Shown piece after piece: positions 1 through 9,450 of a stretch of DNA of 64,000 bases (its first letter is position 1; each line of letters starts with the position of its first letter). Under the pieces are notes generated by a model, which did no database searches, was not told the origin of the DNA, and saw only the letters and a program-made list of their open reading frames with translations. The position numbers and the translations under genes were made by a program. The DNA is from an uncultured candidate division Zixibacteria bacterium (lineage in GTDB: Bacteria; Zixibacteria; MSB-5A5; UBA10806; 4484-95), in assembly GCA_963668625.2 (NCBI GenBank), contig CAXXKA010000010.1, positions 320,001 to 384,000 of the forward strand. The letters are read 5' to 3'.

Positions 1-311
1 GCATAGTTATGTTAGTTATATCGATAGTATTGACAGTATTGATATTTCTATTCGAATGGTCCTCATTGTTTGGCATATTGATATTTTTCCCGCTTGCCGG
101 TTCTTTTTTAGGGTTTCTCCAGGCGAAAAATAAAACCTGTATAGCCCTGGCGGCGCAGGGTCAGCGTAATCTCGATAGCGGCGCGGAGAATATAGAGGAT
201 CAGGATATTATTGCCAGGTTAAAAGATAAGGGTAATGCTATCGTTACCCGAACCGTATTATATGCTGCTATCCTGACAGCCCTGGTAGTAATTGTTTTGG
301 AACTATCCTAG
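1..311 (+). CDS. Hypothetical membrane protein, probably truncated at the window edge
   Basis: Hydrophobic segments; the frame is open to the window start (ATA GTT before the ATG at 9). Confidence 0.55.
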   Translation, partial: IVMLVISIVLTVLIFLFEWSSLFGILIFFPLAGSFLGFLQAKNKTCIALAAQGQRNLDSGAENIEDQDIIARLKDKGNAIVTRTVLYAAILTALVVIVLELS

Positions 312-443
312 GACTAACCCGCAAACTATAGTTTTATAAGTCAATCGTAACATCCATGCAATTTCTTGCTCATTTTTCATAATTAACTGTCGACTTAGTA
401 TTTAGAACAAGTGGATTGTTAACATTAAGCTGGATTTAGACGA

Positions 444-1304
444 ATGCTTGCAATTGTTGGATTTTTAGTAGTACTTGGTGCGGTGCTTGGCGGTTTTGTT
501 ATGGAAGGTGGCCAATTGCTCGTGCTTTTTCAACCAGCGGAGTTCTTGATTATCGGTGGCGCAGCTATTGGTTCGATACTGGTTGCCAATCCCATGAAGA
601 ATATAAAGGGCATGATCTCCCAGATTATAGGTGTTTTGGGATCACCTCCAGGGAAAGATCACTATATACAGATATTAGTGATGTTATATGAAATTTTCCA
701 GGCTGCGCGTAAGGATGGTCTGGTGGCGATGGAGGCTCATGTTGAGAAGCCAGAGGATAGCAGCATACTGAAAAAGTATCCGACATTTTTAGCCGATCAT
801 CACCTGCTGAATTTCTTCGTTGATACGATGCGGTTAATCCTATCCGGCGGTGTACCTGCGCATGATCTTGAGGCATTGATCGACACCGATCTGGATTCTC
901 ATCACAAAGAAACAGAAGCTCCACCCTCGGCATTAACGACCGTAGCCGACTCTTTGCCGGGTCTGGGTATCGTGGCGGCTGTACTGGGTGTCGTTATTAC
1001 TATGGGCGCTATCGGAGGGCCTCCCGAGGTGATTGGTCATAAAGTTGGCGCCGCGCTGGTAGGAACGTTTCTGGGTATTTTGCTGTGTTATGGTTTTTTA
1101 GCGCCACTGGCGGTAAATATGGGACACATGAACGAGTCCAAGGGACAGGCGTTCATGGTAATCAAGCAGGCGTTGTTGGGGTTCCATAAAGGTATGGCGC
1201 CGTCGATCGCGGTAGAGTTCGCCCGTCGTTCGATATCCTCGGATGTGCGTCCGGGATTCGTCGAACTCGAGGATGCTTGCAAAGCAGCGAGAGATCGCGG
1301 TTAA
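444..1304 (+). CDS. motA: Flagellar motor stator protein MotA
   Basis: 4-TM pattern, ARKDGLVAME, PGLGIVAAVLG, GAALVGTFLG, AVEFARR motifs; followed by motB. Confidence 0.95.
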   Translation: MLAIVGFLVVLGAVLGGFVMEGGQLLVLFQPAEFLIIGGAAIGSILVANPMKNIKGMISQIIGVLGSPPGKDHYIQILVMLYEIFQAARKDGLVAMEAHVEKPEDSSILKKYPTFLADHHLLNFFVDTMRLILSGGVPAHDLEALIDTDLDSHHKETEAPPSALTTVADSLPGLGIVAAVLGVVITMGAIGGPPEVIGHKVGAALVGTFLGILLCYGFLAPLAVNMGHMNESKGQAFMVIKQALLGFHKGMAPSIAVEFARRSISSDVRPGFVELEDACKAARDRG

Positions 1305-1320
1305 TATAAGATAAGGTATT

Positions 1321-2196
1321 ATGGCAGACGAAGATCAACAGCCTATTATAATAGTTAAAAAAAGCGGCGGCCATGCCGGCCATCACGGCGGAGCCTGGAA
1401 AGTGGCTTACGCCGATTTCGTTACGGCTATGATGGCGTTTTTTCTGGTGATGTGGCTCGTAAGCCAGAGCGATGAGGTCAAGCAAAACGTCGCAGGCTAT
1501 TTTAACGATCCCTCCGGTTGGGGTAAAAAAGGGGGAAGCTCGGTTTTAGGCGGTAACGAATCTATCCTTAAGGGCGGCCAATCACTACTCAAATCTCCGG
1601 CTATGAAACCGCAAGACAGACAGGTAACCGAGGCTCGTGCCCGTGAGGTGCTAAAGCAAGCGGGTGAGAGAGTACTTGGGGCGTTATCTGATCTATCCAA
1701 TTTCGAGGAGTTCAGCGATCATGTCGAGATAGAGATGACCGAGGAGGGACTACGTATCGAGCTTATCGAGGCGACTTCGGCCGATAGTGATTCCTCGTTC
1801 TTTTTCAACAGCGGCAGCGCTAATATCTCCAGCACAGGCGAGACCATAATCTCCGCTATTTCCTCTGAACTGGGTAAGTTAAACAACAAAATCGTAATCG
1901 AGGGGCATACTGACAGCCATACATTCGTCTATAAAAATAAATATTCGAACTGGGAGTTATCGGCTGATAGGGCCAACAGCGCACGCAAGCTGATGGTATC
2001 CAGCGGCGTGAAAAGCAGGCAGGTTGCAGAGATAAGAGGTTACGCAGCCAACCGTCCCAAGATAGCGGACAATCCAGGGGACGCCCGTAACCGCCGTGTT
2101 TCCATACTAGTGCAAACCGATATGGATAATCCTCCAATCGAGAGCATGGAAATACACGAGGTTATCGACGGTAAAGTCGTAAAAGATATCAATTGA
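1321..2196 (+). CDS. motB: Flagellar motor stator protein MotB
   Basis: HHGGAWKVAYADFVTAMMAFF with the conserved Asp; OmpA-like IEGHTD...NWELSADRA...RNRRV. Confidence 0.95.
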   Translation: MADEDQQPIIIVKKSGGHAGHHGGAWKVAYADFVTAMMAFFLVMWLVSQSDEVKQNVAGYFNDPSGWGKKGGSSVLGGNESILKGGQSLLKSPAMKPQDRQVTEARAREVLKQAGERVLGALSDLSNFEEFSDHVEIEMTEEGLRIELIEATSADSDSSFFFNSGSANISSTGETIISAISSELGKLNNKIVIEGHTDSHTFVYKNKYSNWELSADRANSARKLMVSSGVKSRQVAEIRGYAANRPKIADNPGDARNRRVSILVQTDMDNPPIESMEIHEVIDGKVVKDIN

Positions 2197-2352
2197 TATT
2201 CCTGATTTCTTAACAACAATCATAAATTTATTGAGATTGATGTGTACTCACGCCCGGCAAGTGTTATTAAATTAAAATTGTTTATATTATTGCAGGTTGC
2301 TATATTGAGTCGTAAGGTATTTTAATTGATCGAGCATTGCGGGATATCAGTT

Positions 2353-3816
2353 ATGAAACCAATCAAACCGTTTTTAACTTTAGCGATAGTTATATTTTTA
2401 GCCGCTATTATTAAAGCCCAGTCGCCGGATTACCACTGGTTTAAGATGTATGGCAGCCACTATATCGATAGCGGTGAATCGCTTTTAGGAACACCGGACG
2501 GCGGATTCCTGTTGGCGGGTTACTCATACTACATGATCAGCGGCGGTTCGGATATATACCTGGTCAAAACTGATGAATGGGGTATACCCGAGTGGGAGAG
2601 AGCCTACGGCAGTTACGGCGATGATTGGGCAAGCTGCGTTAAGGCCTGTAATGATGGCGGGTATATTATAGCTGGCGGTTCGGAGTCGTATTCCGATGAT
2701 AATAGCGATGTAATTTTGATGAAGATCGATTCCGAGGGCGAACCGATCTGGCAACGAACCTATGGCGGGCAGGATGATGAAAGCGCCAACTACCTGAGTC
2801 AAACATTCGACGGCGGCTATATTATATCCGGATGGACACGGTCGTATGGCGCTGGTGGCGATGATATATATCTCTTAAAGATCGATTCCGCCGGGGAGAT
2901 CGAATGGTCGCGCACATTCGGAAACGAGTTCTACGATAAAGGTTACCAGGTACGGCAGGTGGCCGACAGCGGTTATGTGCTGGTAGCAGGGCTGGATTAT
3001 TTCGCCCATAGCCCCGTAAATGCTTACGTGATTAAAACGGATGGCGTTGGCGAGACCGAGTGGGCAAGTATCGTAGGCGGCATTGGCGCGGATGCCTGCA
3101 ACGCTCTTTGCGAAACGCATGACGGCGGGTTCGTTATTGCCGGTTGGACAATGTCATACGGTCTGGGTCGTCAGGATGTTTACCTGGTGAAGCTCGATTC
3201 GCTGGGAACCATATCCTGGGAGAAATACTACGGCGGCATCGAGGGTGATATCGGTCGCTCGGTAATTCGTATGCCGGATAACGGTTTTTTAGTTGCCGGT
3301 TATACCGCCTCGTTCGGTAATGGTGGCGACGATATTTACATGATCAGAACGGATTCCAAGGGCGACTCGCTTTGGACTACAACATTCGGAGGACCTGAAC
3401 AAGACAACGCTTACGATATAATAAACTGTCATGACGGTGGTATAGCGGCAGTTGGTTACACGGCCTCATTCGGCCAGGGTAGCCGGGATATGCTTTTGAT
3501 AAAATATAGCGATATACAACTGGACCTGGATGATGATCGTTGTGTATTGCCCGGAAATTTTCATCTTCTTGATAATTACCCAAATCCCTTTAACAACTCT
3601 ACAACGATAGAGTTCGATCTCGAGAACTCCGGCGAGGTTAAACTTGATATATACGATTTACTCGGTAGAGAGGTGGGAGTGATTGTCAGTGACTACCTGA
3701 ACGCCGGATATCATCGATATGTTTTCGATGCCGATAAAATTGCGAGCGGAGTTTATCTCTACAGGTTATCGTTCAAAGGCCATACTAAGTCGCGAAAAAT
3801 GATTCTATTGAAGTAG
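2353..3816 (+). CDS. Secreted repeat (beta-propeller-like) protein with T9SS-type/FlgD-Ig C-terminal domain
   Basis: Signal peptide; repeated DGGxIxxG..SYG.G..DIYLxKxDxxG...W...GG units; C-terminal NYPNPFN...SGVYLYRL...KMILLK. ATG at 2353 preferred over TTG at 2326. Confidence 0.8.
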   Translation: MKPIKPFLTLAIVIFLAAIIKAQSPDYHWFKMYGSHYIDSGESLLGTPDGGFLLAGYSYYMISGGSDIYLVKTDEWGIPEWERAYGSYGDDWASCVKACNDGGYIIAGGSESYSDDNSDVILMKIDSEGEPIWQRTYGGQDDESANYLSQTFDGGYIISGWTRSYGAGGDDIYLLKIDSAGEIEWSRTFGNEFYDKGYQVRQVADSGYVLVAGLDYFAHSPVNAYVIKTDGVGETEWASIVGGIGADACNALCETHDGGFVIAGWTMSYGLGRQDVYLVKLDSLGTISWEKYYGGIEGDIGRSVIRMPDNGFLVAGYTASFGNGGDDIYMIRTDSKGDSLWTTTFGGPEQDNAYDIINCHDGGIAAVGYTASFGQGSRDMLLIKYSDIQLDLDDDRCVLPGNFHLLDNYPNPFNNSTTIEFDLENSGEVKLDIYDLLGREVGVIVSDYLNAGYHRYVFDADKIASGVYLYRLSFKGHTKSRKMILLK

Positions 3817-4037
3817 GCATACGATTACTACTGTTCGTTTTTTGCCTTCTCGCCGCGAAACGCTTCTCTGGTATTTGGCGGGGCTTGTATGAAAACAAAC
3901 CCGCCTGCTCAGGAACGAAGAAAAACCCGAACAGTAGCGCATTCGGGCAGTAAACCATCACCGGCCACCGGGCCGGGATGACAAATATGCTGATGGTTAT
4001 CTATCGGATATATCAGTCGGCGCTAACCTTATATTAC

Positions 4038-4119
4038 GTGGCTGGTAGACGTCCTCGTCTGCAACAATTACCAACTTATATTTACCGCTAATAGGCACGC
4101 GGGGACGTGTTCCGCCCAC
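4038..4119. repeat. REP-like inverted doublet (GTGG family)
   Basis: GTGGCTGGTAGACGTCCTCGTCTGC ... reverse complement GTGGGCGGAACACGTCCCCGCGTGCC; related doublets at 16733 and 16850. Confidence 0.65.
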
Positions 4120-4203
4120 AAATGATATATCATTTACTTGATGATAAAACGACGTTTCGCTTTAAACCAACACACCGGCTAAGCAGGCGGTGTTAGGATA
4201 GAT

Positions 4204-4229
4204 AAAAAAAGCGGGAATTTCTTCCCGCT
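4204..4229 (-). terminator. Intrinsic terminator downstream of rplY
   Basis: GCGGGAA/TTCCCGC stem followed by a T7 run on the minus strand. Confidence 0.75.
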
Positions 4230-4252
4230 CGTAAATCCGAAAATAGCTTGTT

Positions 4253-4954
4253 TTATTTGTCTTTGTCAGACTGACGGTCCTCGGCTTTTTTCTCCGAGAT
4301 AACTTCGGGTTCGGCGGATTCCTCGGTTTCAGCGACTTCCTCAACGCCTTCCACGCCTTCTTCTCCCTCAGCGCCGGTAGACGGCAGCTTGCTGACTTTC
4401 GGAGCCATCACGCTGACTAAGGTTTCCATTTCACCCACTACGAATTCGACATCGGGGTAATCCAGATCGCCCGCGTGAACAGCATCACCGATATTCAATT
4501 CCTCGATATTGATATCGATCGATTCGGGTATATGCTGCGGTAAGGCGGTCAATTCCATTGTCCTGTGTTTCCACTGAAGAACACCACTGTTGTTTTTGAC
4601 GCCGATCGATGTGCCCTGAAGTTTAACAGGCACCGACATACGAATTTTCTCATTCATTTTGATATATTGAAAATCTATATGTAATACGCTGCCCAGAATG
4701 GGATCACGTTGTACATCCCTGATCAGAGCCTTATCCTCGTGGGTTTGGCCGTTGATGCTAAGATTGTACAGCGCGTTTTCACCTTGCAAGCTACGCATGG
4801 TTTGACGGAACTGTTCGTATTCGATATCGAGTGGAATCGGATCGTGGTCTTTACCGTAAGCTACTGCAGGGATTCTCCCGGCTGCTCGAAGTTTACGAGC
4901 CACTCCTTTCCCGTGGTCATCACGTTTGTTGACCTCTAAAGTTATCTCTTTCAT
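4253..4954 (-). CDS. rplY: 50S ribosomal protein bL25/Ctc (long form)
   Basis: GKGVARKLRAAGRIPAVAYG, HIDFQ, acidic C-terminal tail; downstream of prs. Confidence 0.95.
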   Translation of the reverse strand: MKEITLEVNKRDDHGKGVARKLRAAGRIPAVAYGKDHDPIPLDIEYEQFRQTMRSLQGENALYNLSINGQTHEDKALIRDVQRDPILGSVLHIDFQYIKMNEKIRMSVPVKLQGTSIGVKNNSGVLQWKHRTMELTALPQHIPESIDINIEELNIGDAVHAGDLDYPDVEFVVGEMETLVSVMAPKVSKLPSTGAEGEEGVEGVEEVAETEESAEPEVISEKKAEDRQSDKDK

Positions 4955-4989
4955 TATTTACTCCTTACCAGAACTTTATTTTCTAACCG

Positions 4990-6012
4990 TTATTTTACGA
5001 AGTTAAGTACCAGTTTCCCGGTTGTTTTTCCTGATTCCAAATAGCGATGCGCCTCAGCGCATTCCCTGAAATCGTACACTTTCGTGATTTCGGGTTTGAT
5101 GCTTTCCTCTTTTGCCAGGCAAAGCAGCTCTTCCATCACCATACCGACCTCATCGGCATTGGAAAGTAACCGATTGAGAGCCAGCCCGAAAATCCCTTTG
5201 TTATTCTGAATCAAGTTCAGTGTTCTTACGCTCGGGATGCTCAGGAATTTCCAGATTAACCTCGGCAGGTTCAATCTGCTGCCGGCCGCCAGATCGGCTA
5301 CGCCGTAACATATTATCCGGCCACCCTCGCTCAGAAGCTTATAACTTTTCCTGAAAGTCAGGCCACCTACCGGATCGAGAACGATATCAATGCTTTTCTT
5401 ACCGACCAGGCAACTAACCACTTTAGAAAAATCCTCTTTTTTGTAGTTAATCGGATAATCCACCCCGATTTTCTTGAGATAATCAACTTTATCATTACTC
5501 GAGGTTGTTCCGAACACCTCAGCCTGGTTCAGTTTGGCCAGTTGTACGGCCGCCGTGCCGACTCCACCGGCGCAGGAGTGAATTAACACTCGCTCCCCGG
5601 TTCTGATTCCCGCGAACCTGTACAGCGCATAATATGCGGTCAGGTAGTTTACCGGGAGCGCTGCTGCCGAGTTGAAATCGATGCCGTCGGGAATTTTATA
5701 CAATTGATCGGGTTCAGCCAGAATGTACTGGGCCTGTGCCCCGAAATTGGCGATTCCCACAACGCGATCCCCGGTATCGAACGAACTGCTATCATCTATG
5801 TGTTCGATGATTCCGGAGAATTCATAACCCGGTATGAACGGGAATTTCGGCGAGTCAGGATAGAATCCCTTGCGCGCCACTATCTCGGCGTAGTTCAATC
5901 CGCAGGCGTGTACTTTCACCAGAGCTTTGCCCGGTTGCGGTTCGGGTTTGGGGATTTCCCGTACCCGGACGTTTTCGGGTTTTCCCGGCCCGGTGATAAA
6001 AACTGCTAACAT
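4990..6012 (-). CDS. NADPH:quinone oxidoreductase / VAT-1-like MDR-family protein
   Basis: GLNYAE, PGYEFSG, HSCAGGVGTAAVQLA, GKTTGKLVL. Confidence 0.85.
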   Translation of the reverse strand: MLAVFITGPGKPENVRVREIPKPEPQPGKALVKVHACGLNYAEIVARKGFYPDSPKFPFIPGYEFSGIIEHIDDSSSFDTGDRVVGIANFGAQAQYILAEPDQLYKIPDGIDFNSAAALPVNYLTAYYALYRFAGIRTGERVLIHSCAGGVGTAAVQLAKLNQAEVFGTTSSNDKVDYLKKIGVDYPINYKKEDFSKVVSCLVGKKSIDIVLDPVGGLTFRKSYKLLSEGGRIICYGVADLAAGSRLNLPRLIWKFLSIPSVRTLNLIQNNKGIFGLALNRLLSNADEVGMVMEELLCLAKEESIKPEITKVYDFRECAEAHRYLESGKTTGKLVLNFVK

Positions 6013-6021
6013 TGTCAAAGA

Positions 6022-6957
6022 TCAATCGAACAGACTCGAAACCGAGCGTTCGGCATGTATTCTTAAAATAGCTTCACCCAGAAGTTCGGCTACTGATAAT
6101 AACTCGAATTTATCAGGTAAGTTATTTCCGGCCAAGTCGATAGTATCAGTTATGTAAATTTTCTCGATCGGGCTGTTCTGGAGGTTTTGTATGGCCTCGC
6201 CCGAAAGTACAGCATGAGTGCAACAGGCTACTATCGAGGATGAACCCTCATCGGCAATTGCCTCGGCGGCCTTGATCATGGTGCCGGCGGTATCGATCAT
6301 ATCATCCCGGATGATAATATTTTTGCCTTTGACATCGCCGATTATATTCATCACCTCCGCTTTGTTGGCTTTCGGTCGACGTTTGTCGATAATCGCCAGG
6401 CCGGCGTTAAGCTTCTCCGCAAAAGCGCGGGCGACTTTAGTCGAGCCAACATCGGGCGAGAGTACTACCAGGTTTTGAAGGTTTTGTCTGACGAAAAACC
6501 GGTTAAAAACCCTGGCAGAGTAAAGGTGATCGGTAGGTATATCGAAAAAGCCCTGAATCTGCGAGGCATGGAGATCCATCAAGATAACCCGGTTAAAACC
6601 GGCCGAGACAATCATATTGGCTATAAGCTTGGAGGTAATTGCCACTCGCGGTTGATCTTTACGATCGGCGCGGGCATAACCGAAATACGGGATAACAGCC
6701 GTGATTCGCCGGGCTGAGGCTCGTTTGGCGGCATCAGCCATAATAAGCAGTTCCAGTAAGTTTTCAGCCGGTGGATTGGTCGATTGAATAAGGAAGACAT
6801 CCATACCACGGACATTCTCATCGATTTTGAAAAATATCTCGTTATCGGAGAACCGGGCGGCCTCGCATGCCGAAAGCGGTTGATGTATGTAATTGGCTAT
6901 TTTCTGGGCCAGCGGCTTATTGGAATTGCCGGCGAATATCCTAATCTCATCAGGCAT
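6022..6957 (-). CDS. prs: Ribose-phosphate pyrophosphokinase
   Basis: PYFGYARADRK, DLHASQIQGFF, SPDVG, DDMIDTAGT. Confidence 0.97.
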   Translation of the reverse strand: MPDEIRIFAGNSNKPLAQKIANYIHQPLSACEAARFSDNEIFFKIDENVRGMDVFLIQSTNPPAENLLELLIMADAAKRASARRITAVIPYFGYARADRKDQPRVAITSKLIANMIVSAGFNRVILMDLHASQIQGFFDIPTDHLYSARVFNRFFVRQNLQNLVVLSPDVGSTKVARAFAEKLNAGLAIIDKRRPKANKAEVMNIIGDVKGKNIIIRDDMIDTAGTMIKAAEAIADEGSSSIVACCTHAVLSGEAIQNLQNSPIEKIYITDTIDLAGNNLPDKFELLSVAELLGEAILRIHAERSVSSLFD

Positions 6958-6987
6958 TATCGATACCTCGATCCTCTCAATTTGCTA

Positions 6988-7059
6988 CTGGGGCGCCAGG
7001 ATTCGAACCTGGGAATGCCAGCTCCAAAGGCTGGTGACTTACCGCTTGTCGACGCCCCA
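6988..7059 (-). tRNA. tRNA-Gln (anticodon TTG), CCA not encoded
   Basis: Minus strand TGGGGCGTCGACAAGCGGTAAGTCACCAGCCTTTGGAGCTGGCATTCCCAGGTTCGAATCCTGGCGCCCCAG folds as a cloverleaf; usual position upstream of prs. Confidence 0.95.
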
Positions 7060-7195
7060 ATTTCCCAAAACTTATAAGATATAGGTAACTTTCAGGATGT
7101 CAAGCGCAAATGATATATTGTACAATCATTATTATCATCGGTTTATGAACTAATTAATAAAACACAATAAAGATATCTATGTTTGGATAGCAGTA

Positions 7196-8656
7196 TTAGT
7201 TCAAATCCTGATAATTATCCTTTTCCTGATAAGATTGCTCCATTATAATCGGATGACCTCTGTTATAGTTTATATAGATATACGGTAAATTATCCTGTCT
7301 AAGCTTTTTTCTTTCATTATCCAACGAGGGTAAATCCTCTGTTTGTTCGTTATTTAAAATCAAGTGTATATCAAAACCGAATCGATATTTCAGGTAATGC
7401 CCCGGTCTGGCCCGGCCGGGTATGTTATCGAGTACCAAGTAATCGTAATTATTCCAGTCTATATTTAGTTGTTCGATACTTTCGCCAATTTGCCTGACCT
7501 CGTTATGGTTTTGCCTGTAGGCATAAATAGTGATATTAATAGCGATCGCTTGAATTACCAGATACAGGCTGAATGATATTGTCAGAATCCGGCGTTGGTT
7601 GACGTTCCAGGCTTCGTATAATCGACTGAATAATGAACCGAAAAGAACAGCTATCCCTAACGAGGGAATATAAAGAAGTTTGGTGGAGATTTTGTTTTCG
7701 TAGAATGAGGGAAGTATCAATGAGGCCAGGATGAAGACAATGAAAAATCTTTCCAACCTGTTGCCCTTGAAAAGCAGAATACCGAAGGCAGTCATTACGG
7801 AAATGAATCCGGTCAAATTAATAAATTTTATATATGGTAAAACAAACGGCGCATAAGCCGCGGTATATGTTTTTAGGTAGGGATGGCTCAAGTCGGGGAT
7901 GGCTATCCAGACAATGTAAGAATAAAGGTTTTTTAGAGCGTGTACACCGATGAAATAGTACTCGGTGGAGGGATCGCCCCAGCCAATTGCCATGAACCTG
8001 GTTGTCAGATATACTACGGCGATAATCCAATAGCCGGAGCTTTCGGATATACCACGGCGAATCGGTGTTCTTTCGATGATAAACGGGGCAATTGTCAAAA
8101 GTGCCGCGAAAATCAGAATATCCTCCACCATGTATATTGCCAGGGCAAAGAACAGGTATGAGAGATACAGCTTATACTTATATTGATTGTCGTGGTATTC
8201 AATAAAATAGTAGATACACGTAAAAATAGCCAGCGCCGAAATAAGGCGAACTATGCCGTAAGCCCACAATACCCCCTCGAAATGCTGAAAATAAATTCCG
8301 AAAAATAAAGCTGCTGATATTGCCGCCGTTTTGCCGAACCTCTTTTTCGTGAAAACATAAAGAAGATATACTATTGCCAGATGGAGTATGATATTAAGCA
8401 TATACCAGAGAGATGGATTATTTCCTAATATAATCGTTCGCAGTAGTATAACTATATTTGTAACCGGCCTGAAATTCGAAAGATTCTCCATCGAGATAAA
8501 ATCGAGCCGGCTGAAGCCATCCCTTAATAGTATTAATATTTGCCAGTCATCGGTATGGAAATCGTTGAACAACAGCATTATATGGGTGATAGCAACGCCA
8601 AGCAGTATAAGAATTATCGTGTGATCGTATTTTTTTTGCGTTTTCATATTTCGCAT
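7196..8656 (-). CDS. Polytopic membrane protein, GT-C/PMT-like glycosyltransferase
   Basis: N-terminal FHTDD, FRPV, NIILHL and a late LYIPSLG motif; many TM segments. Confidence 0.6.
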   Translation of the reverse strand: MRNMKTQKKYDHTIILILLGVAITHIMLLFNDFHTDDWQILILLRDGFSRLDFISMENLSNFRPVTNIVILLRTIILGNNPSLWYMLNIILHLAIVYLLYVFTKKRFGKTAAISAALFFGIYFQHFEGVLWAYGIVRLISALAIFTCIYYFIEYHDNQYKYKLYLSYLFFALAIYMVEDILIFAALLTIAPFIIERTPIRRGISESSGYWIIAVVYLTTRFMAIGWGDPSTEYYFIGVHALKNLYSYIVWIAIPDLSHPYLKTYTAAYAPFVLPYIKFINLTGFISVMTAFGILLFKGNRLERFFIVFILASLILPSFYENKISTKLLYIPSLGIAVLFGSLFSRLYEAWNVNQRRILTISFSLYLVIQAIAINITIYAYRQNHNEVRQIGESIEQLNIDWNNYDYLVLDNIPGRARPGHYLKYRFGFDIHLILNNEQTEDLPSLDNERKKLRQDNLPYIYINYNRGHPIIMEQSYQEKDNYQDLN

Positions 8657-8721
8657 TCGCCCTCAGCTTCGTATAATTGCACGATAAATGGATTATAACT
8701 AATTTCTTTACAGGAGGAAAC

Positions 8722-9105
8722 GTGAAAAAAGCAGTATATTCAAAAATGGCGCCGGACCCGATCGGGCCATATTCACAGGCGATTATATTCAATAATATGG
8801 TATTTTGCTCGGGGCAGATCCCGATTGATCTGGTAAGCGGAGAACTCGAGACCGGGCCTATCGAGAAACAAGCTCACCAGGCGTTTAAAAACCTGGCCAC
8901 GGTACTTCAAGCCGCCGGTAGCGGATTGGATAAGGTTATCAAGGTAACCGTCTATTTTAAAGACCTGAAAGATTTCGTGACAGTAAACGAAATTTACGGC
9001 GAGTATTTCCAGGGCGTGTTACCGGCTCGTGCGGCCATCGAGGTAGCCCGTTTGCCAAAGGATGCTTTAATCGAGGTCGAGGCTATAGGTTTCGTAGAAG
9101 GCTGA
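8722..9105 (+). CDS. ridA: RidA/YjgF family enamine deaminase
   Basis: IGPYSQA, SGQIPID, PARAAIEVARLPK, IEVEAI; AGGAGG before the GTG at 8722. Confidence 0.9.
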   Translation: MKKAVYSKMAPDPIGPYSQAIIFNNMVFCSGQIPIDLVSGELETGPIEKQAHQAFKNLATVLQAAGSGLDKVIKVTVYFKDLKDFVTVNEIYGEYFQGVLPARAAIEVARLPKDALIEVEAIGFVEG

Positions 9106-9130
9106 TAGATTAATAGTAAAAGTATTAATG

Positions 9131-9166
9131 GCAGTGGTGCTCAATTGAATATCACTGCTTTTTTTT
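9131..9166 (+). terminator. Intrinsic terminator after ridA
   Basis: GCAGTGGT...ATCACTGC stem followed by a T run. Confidence 0.65.
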
Positions 9167-9176
9167 ATTCTTATTT

Positions 9177-9431
9177 CACTAGTGTCCGGTCTTTTCATCT
9201 CGTTGCGAAGCGCTGCTTCGCAACGTGGCTTGTTTGCCGGCAGAATGCGCATTCTACATGATTCAAGAAGGTTTCCAAGCAGCGCTTGGAAACCAGAAAA
9301 CCAAGCCTAACATCGGCAGGATATGTCAGGATGAATGATACGCTGAATAAAATAATTATATCGGAAAATATTTTTCATTAACAATTCCAAGGAGAAATTT
9401 AAAATTTAACGAAAAACACCGGACACTAGTG
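9177..9431. mobile_element. MITE family A, copy 1 (255 bp)
   Basis: TIR CACTAGTGTCCGGT/ACCGGACACTAGTG; 9-bp direct repeat TTCTTATTT at 9168-9176 and 9432-9440; near-identical copies elsewhere in the window. Confidence 0.95.
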
Positions 9432-9450
9432 TTCTTATTTGTGTAATACT

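Noticed and set aside
444-2196. motAB as Zorya ZorA/ZorB defence genes
   Set aside because: Lengths and motifs are typical flagellar MotA/MotB; no long ZorA tail and no zorC/D/E nearby
9067-9252. 61-aa minus-strand ORF starting inside the MITE
   Set aside because: It crosses the element boundary and overlaps ridA antisense; no transposase features
9177-9431. TIR begins CACTA, like eukaryotic CACTA/En-Spm transposons
   Set aside because: CACTA elements make 2-3-bp TSDs; these are 9 bp and the context is bacterial
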